The position numbers and the translations under genes were made by a program. Shown in pieces: positions 50,291-59,299 of a DNA stretch of 64,000 nucleotides (its first letter is position 1; every line of letters starts with the position of its first letter). The stretch lies in NCBI GenBank assembly GCA_944381095.1, contig CALWJW010000001.1:1987-65986 (forward strand), written 5' to 3'. The stretch is from an uncultured Clostridia bacterium. Its GTDB lineage: Bacteria > Bacillota > Clostridia > Oscillospirales > CAG-272. The notes below the pieces were generated by a model. The model saw only the letters and a program-made list of their open reading frames with translations. It ran no database searches and was not told the origin of the DNA.

Positions 50291-51484
50291 ATGACAGATA
50301 TAAATACAACTACCGATTTGCCAGCGCCTGAAAAAAGGTTCAGAATACTTCAGGCCGCAAAATGGTACAGTCCGGAAGTCGGAGGAATAGAGACAGTAGC
50401 ATTGGCGATAACCGCAGCGGTAAAGGATAAGGCGGAGATGAAAATACTCGTCTGTTCCGGAAAGAAGGACAAAAAAGAGGAATACACACCGGAAGGGGTG
50501 TACATATACCGTGCGCGTACGCCGTTCTGTTTTTTTTCTATGCCGGTGTCATTTGACTACATAAGGGCGTTCAGAAAAATGTCTGCGGATGTGGATCTGA
50601 TACAGTTGCATGCTCCTTTTCCTTTGTCAGATCTCGCGCTGTTTCTCAGAAAACGCAAAAGGAAAATAAAAAAGGTTATCTGGTGGCACAGCGATGTGGT
50701 CAAACAGAAAAAACTGATGTTTTTCTACGCGCCGCTGCTGAAATGGATGCTGAAAAAAGTCGACAAAATATATGTGGCCAGCCAATCAATAGCAGAACAA
50801 TCAAGATATCTTGGAAAGTATCAGGATAAAATAGAGATAATCCCTTTCGGAATATCGTCCGCCGATTACAATAAAGTGAAAACCGCACCCGTTCTTACAC
50901 AAAAACTGAGTAAAAAGGACAGAGTGAAAATACTTTTCGTAGGACGTCTGGTCTATTATAAAGGTGTAGACGTTTTGCTTGAAGCTCTCTACAAAACACA
51001 GAACACCGAGCTTTTTATAATCGGCGGAGGCGAGCTTGAAGGGCAGCTTAAAAAGAGAGCGGCGGAACTGAAAATTTCAGACAGAGTGCATTTTATGGGT
51101 AAGATCGGAAAGAAAAAGCTGCTCAATTCTTTTTCAGACTGTGATATTTTTGTTTTGCCGTCGGTAAGCCGCGCAGAGTGCTTCGGGCTGGTACAGCTTG
51201 AAGCCATGGTGTATGGAAAACCGGTAATAAATACAAAACTCCCGACAGCTGTGCCGGAGGTGAGCGTTGACGGGGAAACAGGGATAACGGTAGAACCCGG
51301 CAACGCTGATGAACTTGCAAATGCCATACAGAAACTGACTGATGACAAAGAACTGAGGGAACAATACGGAAAGGCAGCCAGACAGAGATGCGAGGAATGC
51401 TACAGTCTTGACAAAATGCAGGAAAAATTGTATAATTCATATCTGAGTGTGTTGGGACTGGAGGACAGTCAGGCAGAAAACTGA
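50291..51484 (+). CDS. glycosyltransferase family 4
   Basis: 397 aa with WYSPEVGGIETVA and LPSVSRAECFGLVQLEAMVYGKPVI. Confidence 0.85.
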   Translation: MTDINTTTDLPAPEKRFRILQAAKWYSPEVGGIETVALAITAAVKDKAEMKILVCSGKKDKKEEYTPEGVYIYRARTPFCFFSMPVSFDYIRAFRKMSADVDLIQLHAPFPLSDLALFLRKRKRKIKKVIWWHSDVVKQKKLMFFYAPLLKWMLKKVDKIYVASQSIAEQSRYLGKYQDKIEIIPFGISSADYNKVKTAPVLTQKLSKKDRVKILFVGRLVYYKGVDVLLEALYKTQNTELFIIGGGELEGQLKKRAAELKISDRVHFMGKIGKKKLLNSFSDCDIFVLPSVSRAECFGLVQLEAMVYGKPVINTKLPTAVPEVSVDGETGITVEPGNADELANAIQKLTDDKELREQYGKAARQRCEECYSLDKMQEKLYNSYLSVLGLEDSQAEN

Positions 51485-51497
51485 GAAAGGTTAAACA

Positions 51498-52343
51498 ATG
51501 CAGAAAGAGACAGATAGCAGAAGCAAAACGGTCAGCGTGAGAAAGACCGGACAGAAGGAAAGTTTTTTACAGACGGTAAAAGAGATATATTCGTACAGGC
51601 AGATGATAGTGGCGTTTGTGCGCAGAGAGCTCAGGGGAAGATACAAGGGTTCGTTTCTCGGCTTTTTGTGGACTTTTCTGAATCCGCTTTTACAGCTTTG
51701 CGTTTACAGCATAGTATTTTCGACGATACTTCAAAGCGGAATAGAAAAATATTATCTTTTCTTGTTTGTCGCACTGATCCCGTGGATCTTTTTTTCGTCG
51801 TCAGTGCTCGGAGGAGCTGCTTCGATCATATCACAGAAAGATATGGTCAAAAAGATATATTTTCCGAGAGAAGTACTTCCTATCTCAACAGTCACTACGA
51901 ATTTTGTCAACATGCTGCTTTGTTTTATAGTAGTGTTCGCGGTTGTTTTGCTGTCCGGAATAAGGCTGAATTTTCCGGCGTTGCTTTGTCTGATACCTGT
52001 TTGGGCGGTAGAGTATCTGCTTGCTCTCGGAATGGCATTTCTCACGTCAGCGGTGACAGTATATTTCAGAGACATGGAGCATATACTCGGTATAGTAATG
52101 ATGGCATGGCAATACCTTACACCGGTGCTTTACAGTTACGATATTATTCCGCAGCAATATAAAGTCATATTTGACCTGAACCCCATGACGCCGATAATAA
52201 CAGCATACAGAGATATTTTGTATGAATCAAAAATACCTGATTTCAAATCGCTTTTAAGTGCAACGGTTATGGGACTGATAGTGTTACTTATAGGGTGGAT
52301 AGCGTTTTCCAAACTGAAAAGGAGGTTTGCGGAGGAGCTGTAA
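51498..52343 (+). CDS. ABC-2 type polysaccharide/teichoic acid export permease (Wzm/TagG-like)
   Basis: 281 aa with 6 TM helices and LRGRYKGSFLGFLWTFLNPLL at the N-terminus. Confidence 0.85.
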   Translation: MQKETDSRSKTVSVRKTGQKESFLQTVKEIYSYRQMIVAFVRRELRGRYKGSFLGFLWTFLNPLLQLCVYSIVFSTILQSGIEKYYLFLFVALIPWIFFSSSVLGGAASIISQKDMVKKIYFPREVLPISTVTTNFVNMLLCFIVVFAVVLLSGIRLNFPALLCLIPVWAVEYLLALGMAFLTSAVTVYFRDMEHILGIVMMAWQYLTPVLYSYDIIPQQYKVIFDLNPMTPIITAYRDILYESKIPDFKSLLSATVMGLIVLLIGWIAFSKLKRRFAEEL

Positions 52344-52362
52344 AAAATCCGCAGGATTAGAA

Positions 52363-53118
52363 ATGGAAGTGATAAACTGTGATGACAACGTGTATTCCAT
52401 AGAAGTGGAAAATGTTTACAAGCATTACAGAATATATAAGGACAAGGGAAGCCAACTAAAAGAAAAGCTTTTGTTCTGGTCCAGAAATAAATACACTGAA
52501 AACGCTGTGCTGAAAGGCATATCGCTCAAAGTGAAAAAAGGCGAGGCAGTGGGTTTTGTCGGACATAACGGTTGCGGAAAAAGTACCCTCCTGAAACTCC
52601 TCAGCAGAATAAGCTACCCGGATAAAGGAATAATAACAACAAGAGGCAGGATATCGGGGCTTATTGAGCTTGGCGCCGGATTTCATCCTGACATGACAGG
52701 AAGGGAAAATATATACACCAATGCGTCAATATACGGGCTGTGCAAGAAAGAAATAGATAAACGGCTTGATAAGATAATAGAATTTTCCGGACTTGGCGAA
52801 TTTATAGACGCGCCGGTAAGAACATATTCTTCCGGAATGTATATGCGACTCGGATTTTCGGTGGCGATCAATGTTGATGCAGATATACTGCTGATAGATG
52901 AAATACTCGCGGTCGGTGACAGTGAGTTTCAGGCGAAGTGTCTGAACGAGCTGAAAGAGGTAAAATCAAGAGGGACAACAATAGTGATTGTCAGCCATTC
53001 CTTGAACCAGATCGAAGAGATATGTGAAAAGAGCTACTGGATCCAGAATGGGGAAATTTGTATGGAGGGAGATCCGAGAGAGGTGCACAGGGCTTATCTT
53101 GAAGCCACGGTACATTGA
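52363..53118 (+). CDS. polysaccharide export ABC transporter ATP-binding protein (Wzt/TagH-like, short form)
   Basis: This is ORF 52327..53118 with the start moved to ATG 52363. It has Walker A GHNGCGKST, signature YSSGMYMRLGF and Walker B ILLIDE. There is no C-terminal carbohydrate-binding extension. Confidence 0.85.
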   Translation: MEVINCDDNVYSIEVENVYKHYRIYKDKGSQLKEKLLFWSRNKYTENAVLKGISLKVKKGEAVGFVGHNGCGKSTLLKLLSRISYPDKGIITTRGRISGLIELGAGFHPDMTGRENIYTNASIYGLCKKEIDKRLDKIIEFSGLGEFIDAPVRTYSSGMYMRLGFSVAINVDADILLIDEILAVGDSEFQAKCLNELKEVKSRGTTIVIVSHSLNQIEEICEKSYWIQNGEICMEGDPREVHRAYLEATVH

Positions 53119-53119
53119 T

Positions 53120-54508
53120 ATGCGCGCTGAAACAAAACTGAAATCAAATGTAAATCTATCCGGATTTATTTCGGAAGAGTATTTGTCCGATATGAAGGTC
53201 GGGAGATTTATTACAAATACGAAAAGACCGGAGTCAATTATCGGTTTTCAGGAGGTTAACGCGATTGAGTTCAGTTCAAGAGCAAACTCCCCGTATAAGC
53301 TCGAAGAAAATGATAATTCCGGTATGAGCAACCTTAATGTTGAAGATAAGAAAAATCAGCGGTCGGCAGAGAACCGATTTGATTCTTTTGAAAGCAGGCT
53401 GAAATTAACGGTTACGGTACTGATGTCAGCAGTACCGTTTTGTCATTATATTTTCAGCGGGGCAGTATTGTTGGCGGTTTCGCTTCTTCTTATCGCGATT
53501 CCTGCGTCAAGGAGAGAAATACTGCGTCAGAGAAGAATGGTGCTGTTAACAGTTATTATTTCTTCAATGTCGCTTCTTGTATCGGTAATTAACGCCAATA
53601 TAATAGGTATATTCATTACGTGGGGTATATTTCTGATCCTTATGGACGGAGCATACCTGAGAAGCGTCATGAACAGTTATTTATTGCGGATATCTTCCCT
53701 GACTGTCGCTGCCGGAGGAATTATAACAGCGCTGATAGTGATAGTACAGCGTGTAAATTTCGAAAATCCGGATCACAGACCATACGGTCTGGCATATAAT
53801 CCGAACTATCTCGGCTCGATAGCAGTGCTCTCAGCTGTGTTTGTTATTGTAATGTTATTTGACGGTAACTTTAAGCAAACCGGAAGAGAGATAATTGTTA
53901 AATCGTTTTATGCTCTGTCACTTATATGTGATGTGATAACTATACTGATAAGCGAAAGCAGGTCGTCATTGCTTGCGCTGACAGCGGCTGTGATAGTGTT
54001 TGTTTTTCTTAAAGGACATTATGTAATTACGGCTGTTTGCTGTGTTGCGGGTGCGATGATCTGGGTGGTAGGTCTGATAGATCCGGGCATATTTTCATGG
54101 ACGAATTCGCTGACAGAAGTCTTCTCCGGCAGGGTGGAAATATGGAAGGACGCATTTAAGTCGTTTTCGTCTGATTTTTTCACTGCAATGTTCGGACGAG
54201 GTCCTATGACATATTATCTTGTGAAAAATTCAGAGGGACTTACAGAGGCAAATCACGCTCATAACATACTGCTTGACACGCTTATAAACGCTGGGATTAT
54301 CGGCTTTTTCATTTACTTGGCGATAGTGGCGGACATACTAAACAAAGCATTTGATTTGAGTCGCAAGGGCGACAAGACCTCGTTTATACTGATTACCGTT
54401 GCGGTATGTGGCGTGGCAGTGCAGCGAATTCCCGATGTCACGATAATGTGGCACCAGACTGCGATACTGTTTATGATAATCTGCGCCGCAAAAAAAGTAA
54501 ACGATTAA
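53120..54508 (+). CDS. O-antigen ligase / O-antigen polymerase family (Wzy_C) membrane protein with N-terminal soluble extension
   Basis: This is ORF 53024..54508 with the start moved to the first ATG after the Wzt stop (53120). It has ~120 aa of hydrophilic N-terminus, then ~10 TM helices, with the periplasmic-loop motif region SESRSSLLAL and ...ANHAHNILLDTLINAGIIG. The start is uncertain and no clear SD is present. Confidence 0.7.
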   Translation: MRAETKLKSNVNLSGFISEEYLSDMKVGRFITNTKRPESIIGFQEVNAIEFSSRANSPYKLEENDNSGMSNLNVEDKKNQRSAENRFDSFESRLKLTVTVLMSAVPFCHYIFSGAVLLAVSLLLIAIPASRREILRQRRMVLLTVIISSMSLLVSVINANIIGIFITWGIFLILMDGAYLRSVMNSYLLRISSLTVAAGGIITALIVIVQRVNFENPDHRPYGLAYNPNYLGSIAVLSAVFVIVMLFDGNFKQTGREIIVKSFYALSLICDVITILISESRSSLLALTAAVIVFVFLKGHYVITAVCCVAGAMIWVVGLIDPGIFSWTNSLTEVFSGRVEIWKDAFKSFSSDFFTAMFGRGPMTYYLVKNSEGLTEANHAHNILLDTLINAGIIGFFIYLAIVADILNKAFDLSRKGDKTSFILITVAVCGVAVQRIPDVTIMWHQTAILFMIICAAKKVND

Positions 54509-54621
54509 GGTGCTCTTTTGTTTCAATATAGCGTGTTTGATTTATTTTTCGGACGGAAAGTCGGCTGAAAATCAGTGTTCCGTATTACCCGAAAATCAGA
54601 GAAAATCGATTAGATATTTTT

Positions 54622-54649
54622 AAGCCGCTCAGGCGGCTTTTTTGTTTTT
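54622..54649 (+). terminator. intrinsic terminator of the glycan operon
   Basis: AAGCCGC-tcag-GCGGCTTTTTTGTTTTT. Confidence 0.8.
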
Positions 54650-54776
54650 GAAGTTTAGCTTGACGAATCCTCAGACAACTGCGGAAATAAATGACAGTCC
54701 TTTTATTCAAAATCATCAAAATATAACAATTCAAACAGTCGTTTTGCCGAAAATAAAGCTGGCTATGACAATTATG

Positions 54777-54805
54777 TTGACTTTTATGACTAAATAATGT
54801 ATAAT
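54777..54805 (+). promoter_or_regulatory. consensus promoter of the MBOAT module
   Basis: TTGACT, a 17-nt spacer, TATAAT. Confidence 0.65.
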
Positions 54806-54843
54806 AAGTTTAATTTGAGAAAAAATCCACAGAAAGGCAGAAT

Positions 54844-57084
54844 ATGAGACTCAGGCACTTAAAAATCGTACTTATCCCGGTCGTCTTAGTGATAACCTTG
54901 ATGACATTTTGCGGTTGCTTTGACATAGACGATGTCATAGTTGATCTCGGACTGTACCAAAGAAACACAAAAGCCAATACCAAATTTACTGTCGTTGTCC
55001 GGGAAACCGCCGGAGTGACAGTGGACGGTGACAGTGTAAAAGAAGTTGCAAGCGGTCAAAAGGCAGTGTTCAAGGTTTCAATTGACGAAAATAACTATGT
55101 ATACCTAGGAAATACGGCTGACGCCAGTTACAATTCGAAAGATAAAACGCTTACAGTCAGCCGTGTACAATCGCCGATGACGATAGATTTTATTCTTGTG
55201 GACAAGAGCGAACTGTACTGCGTGAACACCTACTCGAATGTCAGTTCCGGCTATATAAGCTTTGTACAGGGAAGCTCCCTTATGCTGGAGCCAGAAAAGG
55301 TAACAGTGCAGGTAACTGTACCCAGCGGTTATATTTTCCAGGGTTGGACGGTCGGAGAGTATCTCGATAACGGTGGTAAGCTGGTGGGAACCGACCCGGT
55401 ATATTCATTCACACCCGAAGACAGAAGAGTTGACCTTTATGCTAACCTTGCAAGTGAGTCACAGTACAGGATAACATATGACGCAAACGGCGGAAGCATA
55501 AAGAACTTCTCGGGAGAACAGTACACTATACGCGGAACTTTCAGTACAATGTTTTCAATGCAACAGACGCTGAATGAAAACAATTCCGGCGTAAAATTCG
55601 AAAGACCGGGTTATACGGCGATAGGTTACAGCACTGAAAAAACAACGGATTACCGTGATTATAATTCTGTGAACGATATAGAAGGATTCAGCAACATGGG
55701 CGGAGTGTGCCAGGTGCCTTCATCAGGATCGCTTACTCTGAATGTCGTGTGGGCTGAAAACACAGCAGAATCGGATTTTGAAGTCCAATCTGTTACATAC
55801 ACCGATGTTTACAGCGAGGGAGGGGTCGAAGGAAGCGGTAAAATTACCAAATCCGGTTGCATTATAACGAGGTGTACTGTAAGGTCTGATACTGTCGTCA
55901 TTCCCGAAACAATCAACGGACAAACGGTTATCGGAATAAAATCCGGTGCATTCAACGGAAACGTGTTGCAAAAGATAGTTATACCGAAGACGGTGCTGAG
56001 AATTGAAAGCGATGCGTTTACCGGAAGTTACAGGCTCAGAGAAGTAGTGTTCTTTGACAGTTTACAGTACGTAAGCAATTCAAGTTTTCCGAACTCAGTG
56101 CAAACAGTGGTAATGAACGCACAGAGGCTTCCGGTGTATGCGGGATCTGCGGAGGGTAGCTTTTGTATAAAATACGAGAGAGTGAGAACCCTGAAAGGTA
56201 AAAAGCTTATAGTCGTGTCCGGCTCGTCGACGCTCAACGGACTTAATTCTCCTCAGCTTGAAGAGAATTTCGACAACGAATACAGCGTTGTCAACTACGG
56301 TACAAATGCCGGTACTCAGATGCTGTTTTATCTTGACGTGATTTCAAATTACACAAAACCAGGCGATATCGTTATTCATGCTCCCGAGTGGAATTCAGAC
56401 GGTCCCATGGGAGGCAACAGCATTCAATGGAGGATGTTCAGAGGCAATAATCAGTGCTATGACATATTCAGAGAAGTAAATATGTCTGAATACAGCAATT
56501 TCTGGGGTGCATATCAGTTATTCCAGATAGGCGGGAAAAACGGTAGCGAAATTGTTATCGGTGCGGTTACCATGAAAGGTAAAGAGTATCAGAATTCAAA
56601 CACCGGAATGAATCTTTACGGAGATCTGCTCGGTAACAGGTATAATTACAACGGATTTTCGTATTCATCGGTTCAAGGATTTTCAGAGTCCTACATAACT
56701 TCGAATAAAAGGGCGGAAAACCTTAACAGAGTAAATTCACGGATAACGGCAAAGGGCGGCACGCTGCTGTTCAGCTTCGGCACAATGCTTTACGAAAGAC
56801 TGAGTCCCGGTGTAAGGAACGCGTCTGATTACGATAATTTCACTAAGCAGTGCGCAAATGCGCTTGATTTTCCGGTTATATCAAACGTCGGAACTTATCT
56901 TTTCAAGGAAAGGTATATGAGCAATTCAGAGTGGCACTGCACATATGAAGGTGCTGATATAAGGACTGAGGAGCTCACTTATGACCTGAAAAAATTCTTG
57001 AATTCGTCAGGACTCAGCGATACCTACGAGACGTACAACACGAGAAAATCTCACAATTCATCGGCATATCAGAACGGAATGTGA
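54844..57084 (+). CDS. lipoprotein: Flg_new-type repeats + BspA-type LRR + C-terminal DltD/AlgX-like (SGNH-like) domain
   Basis: 746 aa with the lipobox LMTFCGC. The repeat motifs are FQGWTV, YRITYDANGGS and PGYTAIGYS. The LRR is VVIPETINGQTVIGIKSGAFNGN..IVIPKTVLRIESDAFTG. The C-terminal domain is KKLIVVSGSSTLNG...APEWNS...NSEWH. Confidence 0.75.
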   Translation: MRLRHLKIVLIPVVLVITLMTFCGCFDIDDVIVDLGLYQRNTKANTKFTVVVRETAGVTVDGDSVKEVASGQKAVFKVSIDENNYVYLGNTADASYNSKDKTLTVSRVQSPMTIDFILVDKSELYCVNTYSNVSSGYISFVQGSSLMLEPEKVTVQVTVPSGYIFQGWTVGEYLDNGGKLVGTDPVYSFTPEDRRVDLYANLASESQYRITYDANGGSIKNFSGEQYTIRGTFSTMFSMQQTLNENNSGVKFERPGYTAIGYSTEKTTDYRDYNSVNDIEGFSNMGGVCQVPSSGSLTLNVVWAENTAESDFEVQSVTYTDVYSEGGVEGSGKITKSGCIITRCTVRSDTVVIPETINGQTVIGIKSGAFNGNVLQKIVIPKTVLRIESDAFTGSYRLREVVFFDSLQYVSNSSFPNSVQTVVMNAQRLPVYAGSAEGSFCIKYERVRTLKGKKLIVVSGSSTLNGLNSPQLEENFDNEYSVVNYGTNAGTQMLFYLDVISNYTKPGDIVIHAPEWNSDGPMGGNSIQWRMFRGNNQCYDIFREVNMSEYSNFWGAYQLFQIGGKNGSEIVIGAVTMKGKEYQNSNTGMNLYGDLLGNRYNYNGFSYSSVQGFSESYITSNKRAENLNRVNSRITAKGGTLLFSFGTMLYERLSPGVRNASDYDNFTKQCANALDFPVISNVGTYLFKERYMSNSEWHCTYEGADIRTEELTYDLKKFLNSSGLSDTYETYNTRKSHNSSAYQNGM

Positions 57085-57094
57085 GGTAACTGAA

Positions 57095-57403
57095 ATGGAA
57101 CTTGTGATATTTTCAAATACTTTTGCGCTGATAGCAATGGGAGTGACTTTGTTTTTATATCTGCTTTCGGCTGTAATAAGTGTTATGCAAACAGTCGCAG
57201 AGGCTAATAATTGCGGGGATGGCAGCCGTATGCTGATTTCGGTTCTGAAAAACGTGTCCGGTGTGCTCTGTATAATTTCACAGCTGGTGATGTTCGGTGT
57301 GTTTTTCTACATCGGTGCGTCATCGCAGGAGCTGTTGTTTGCGCTGATGGTATGCACGGCGCTGTCACTTGTGATAAGTGCTCCCCGAAAGGAGAAGAAG
57401 TAA
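57095..57403 (+). CDS. small 3-TM membrane protein of unknown function
   Basis: 102 aa. The SD GTGAGGT lies 7 nt upstream. It is tightly packed between the lipoprotein and the MBOAT gene (10-nt and 3-nt gaps). Confidence 0.6.
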   Translation: MELVIFSNTFALIAMGVTLFLYLLSAVISVMQTVAEANNCGDGSRMLISVLKNVSGVLCIISQLVMFGVFFYIGASSQELLFALMVCTALSLVISAPRKEKK

Positions 57404-57406
57404 AAA

Positions 57407-58891
57407 ATGGTCTTCAATTCTCTGGAATTTCTTATATTTTTTCCGATAGTACTCATTCTTTACAGAATATTGCCCCTTAAAATCCGCTGGGTAATGTTGC
57501 TGATAACAAGCTACTACTTCTATATGGGCTGGCAGGCGGACCTTTTATATCTTATTCTTTTTACAACTTTGGTGTCGTACGTGTGTGCCAGAAAGATAGA
57601 GGCTTCTGTGACCAAAAGAGCCAGGAAAATATATCTCGTAATCGCCTTGGTCGCTTCTCTCAGTGTGCTTTTCTTTTTCAAATATTTCAATTTTCTCTCA
57701 GAAAATGTTACAGGACTATTAGAGCTTATGGGATTCGGAGTAAGTGAGTTTACTCTTAATCTTATTCTTCCTGTGGGCATATCCTTTTACACATTCCAGA
57801 CTCTCTCATATGTCATCGACGTTTACAGAGGTATGATAAAAGCGGAAAAACATTTTGGTTATTACGCGCTTTATGTTTCATATTTTCCGCAGCTTGTCGC
57901 CGGACCTATCGAAAGACCCGAAAACCTTCTTCCGCAGCTCAAAAGAAAAAATCCGTTCACGGCATATGACACAGCAGTAGGACTTAAAATGATGGCGGTA
58001 GGATTTTTCAAGAAGGTAGCGGTGGCTGACCAGATATCCAAATATGTAGACGGCGTTTACAACAATCTGGATAAAACGACGCCCGGACTCATCAACGGTT
58101 TCACGATAACAGTTGCAACGGTATTGTTTGCAGTACAGATCTACTGCGACTTTTCCGGATACACCGACATAGCGATCGGTTGTGCAAGGGTAATGGGAAT
58201 AAAGCTGATGCAAAACTTCGATAACCCATACTCTGCGACGAGTATAAAGGACTTCTGGCGCAGATGGCATATCTCACTGACATCCTGGTTTACAGATTAT
58301 TTATATATACCTCTCGGAGGATCCAGGTGCAGTAAAGTAAAGCATTACAGAAACATCCTGATAGTATTTTTCATTTCAGGTGTATGGCACGGTGCGGCAT
58401 GGACGTTCATCCTCTGGGGAACAATGCACGGAATATATCAGATTGTCGGAAACATTACCGCAAAATACCGGGTGATGTTGTGGGATAAGCTTGGAGTAAG
58501 TCAGCAGAATCCGATACTTGTAATTGCAAAAAAGATCGGAACCTTCGCTTTGGTATGCATAGCATGGATGGCATTCAGGGCAAACAGTCTTCGGGATCTC
58601 GGGTTCTTATACAAGCAATTGTTCACAGGATGGTCCGGAGTCAGCATCACCGAATCAATGAAAGCACTTGACATGTCGGTTATGGCATTGATGACGGTAG
58701 TATTTTCGGTGTTCGTTATAAACCTGCTTGACAAACAGATAAATCTGCGCATAGATGAGCTGCACCTTGACTCGGGACTCAGTGTTCCGAGAGCAAATGC
58801 CTATATAACGGTATGCTGGACAGTCTGTGTTGCCTGGCTTATACTGCTTGCTTCAAACGCAGCGAGTTCGTTTATATATTTCCAGTTCTGA
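57407..58891 (+). CDS. MBOAT family O-acyltransferase (AlgI/DltB-like)
   Basis: 494 aa, polytopic, with MVFNSLEFLIFFPIV, VGISFYTFQTLSYVIDVY, FWRRWHISLTSWFTDYLYIPLGGSR and ISGVWHGAAW (containing the catalytic His). Confidence 0.9.
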   Translation: MVFNSLEFLIFFPIVLILYRILPLKIRWVMLLITSYYFYMGWQADLLYLILFTTLVSYVCARKIEASVTKRARKIYLVIALVASLSVLFFFKYFNFLSENVTGLLELMGFGVSEFTLNLILPVGISFYTFQTLSYVIDVYRGMIKAEKHFGYYALYVSYFPQLVAGPIERPENLLPQLKRKNPFTAYDTAVGLKMMAVGFFKKVAVADQISKYVDGVYNNLDKTTPGLINGFTITVATVLFAVQIYCDFSGYTDIAIGCARVMGIKLMQNFDNPYSATSIKDFWRRWHISLTSWFTDYLYIPLGGSRCSKVKHYRNILIVFFISGVWHGAAWTFILWGTMHGIYQIVGNITAKYRVMLWDKLGVSQQNPILVIAKKIGTFALVCIAWMAFRANSLRDLGFLYKQLFTGWSGVSITESMKALDMSVMALMTVVFSVFVINLLDKQINLRIDELHLDSGLSVPRANAYITVCWTVCVAWLILLASNAASSFIYFQF

Positions 58892-58966
58892 GGAGAGACG
58901 GCAGATGACAGAGATAAAAAACGATAAAACAAAGTCGCTTGTCGGAACGGAAAGGAAGGCATAAGT

Positions 58967-59164
58967 ATGTTTTTAAACGATAAAAGAACCAGCACGCAGT
59001 ATATACTATGTTGGATATTCACGCTGGGGATATACAATGTGATATTCAAGAGACAGGTCGCCTCCGATATCAACAAGATATTCAAAGCGAAAAAGGTTGA
59101 ACTTCCGGGAGCAAAATACTTTTTCCTTAACTTTATAACACTGAGAATTAACGGTGGAACATGA
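58967..59164 (+). CDS. small membrane protein fragment (DUF4234-like GIY hairpin), ends at an in-frame TGA
   Basis: 65 aa. The SD AAGGAAGG lies 7 nt upstream. YILCWIFTLGIYNVIF resembles the TCGIY helix of DUF4234-type proteins (from memory). It is in the same frame as ORF 59300..61186. Confidence 0.4.
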   Translation: MFLNDKRTSTQYILCWIFTLGIYNVIFKRQVASDINKIFKAKKVELPGAKYFFLNFITLRINGGT

Positions 59165-59299
59165 GACATACAGGTACTTGAACTGATTCAGGGATATATA
59201 AAAGAAAACGGTTCTGATGTCACGATCGATTACGAAAATTACAAATTTTTCGGAAAAATCCCGATAGCCAGAGTAACTATTGTCGCCGACTTTATCAAA

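Noticed and set aside
59162-59164. Selenocysteine or genome-wide UGA recoding as an explanation for the in-frame TGA.
   Set aside because: No convincing SECIS-like hairpin follows the codon. The context is not a redox motif. TGA clearly terminates many neighbouring genes (mutS, tgt, KH protein, MBOAT).
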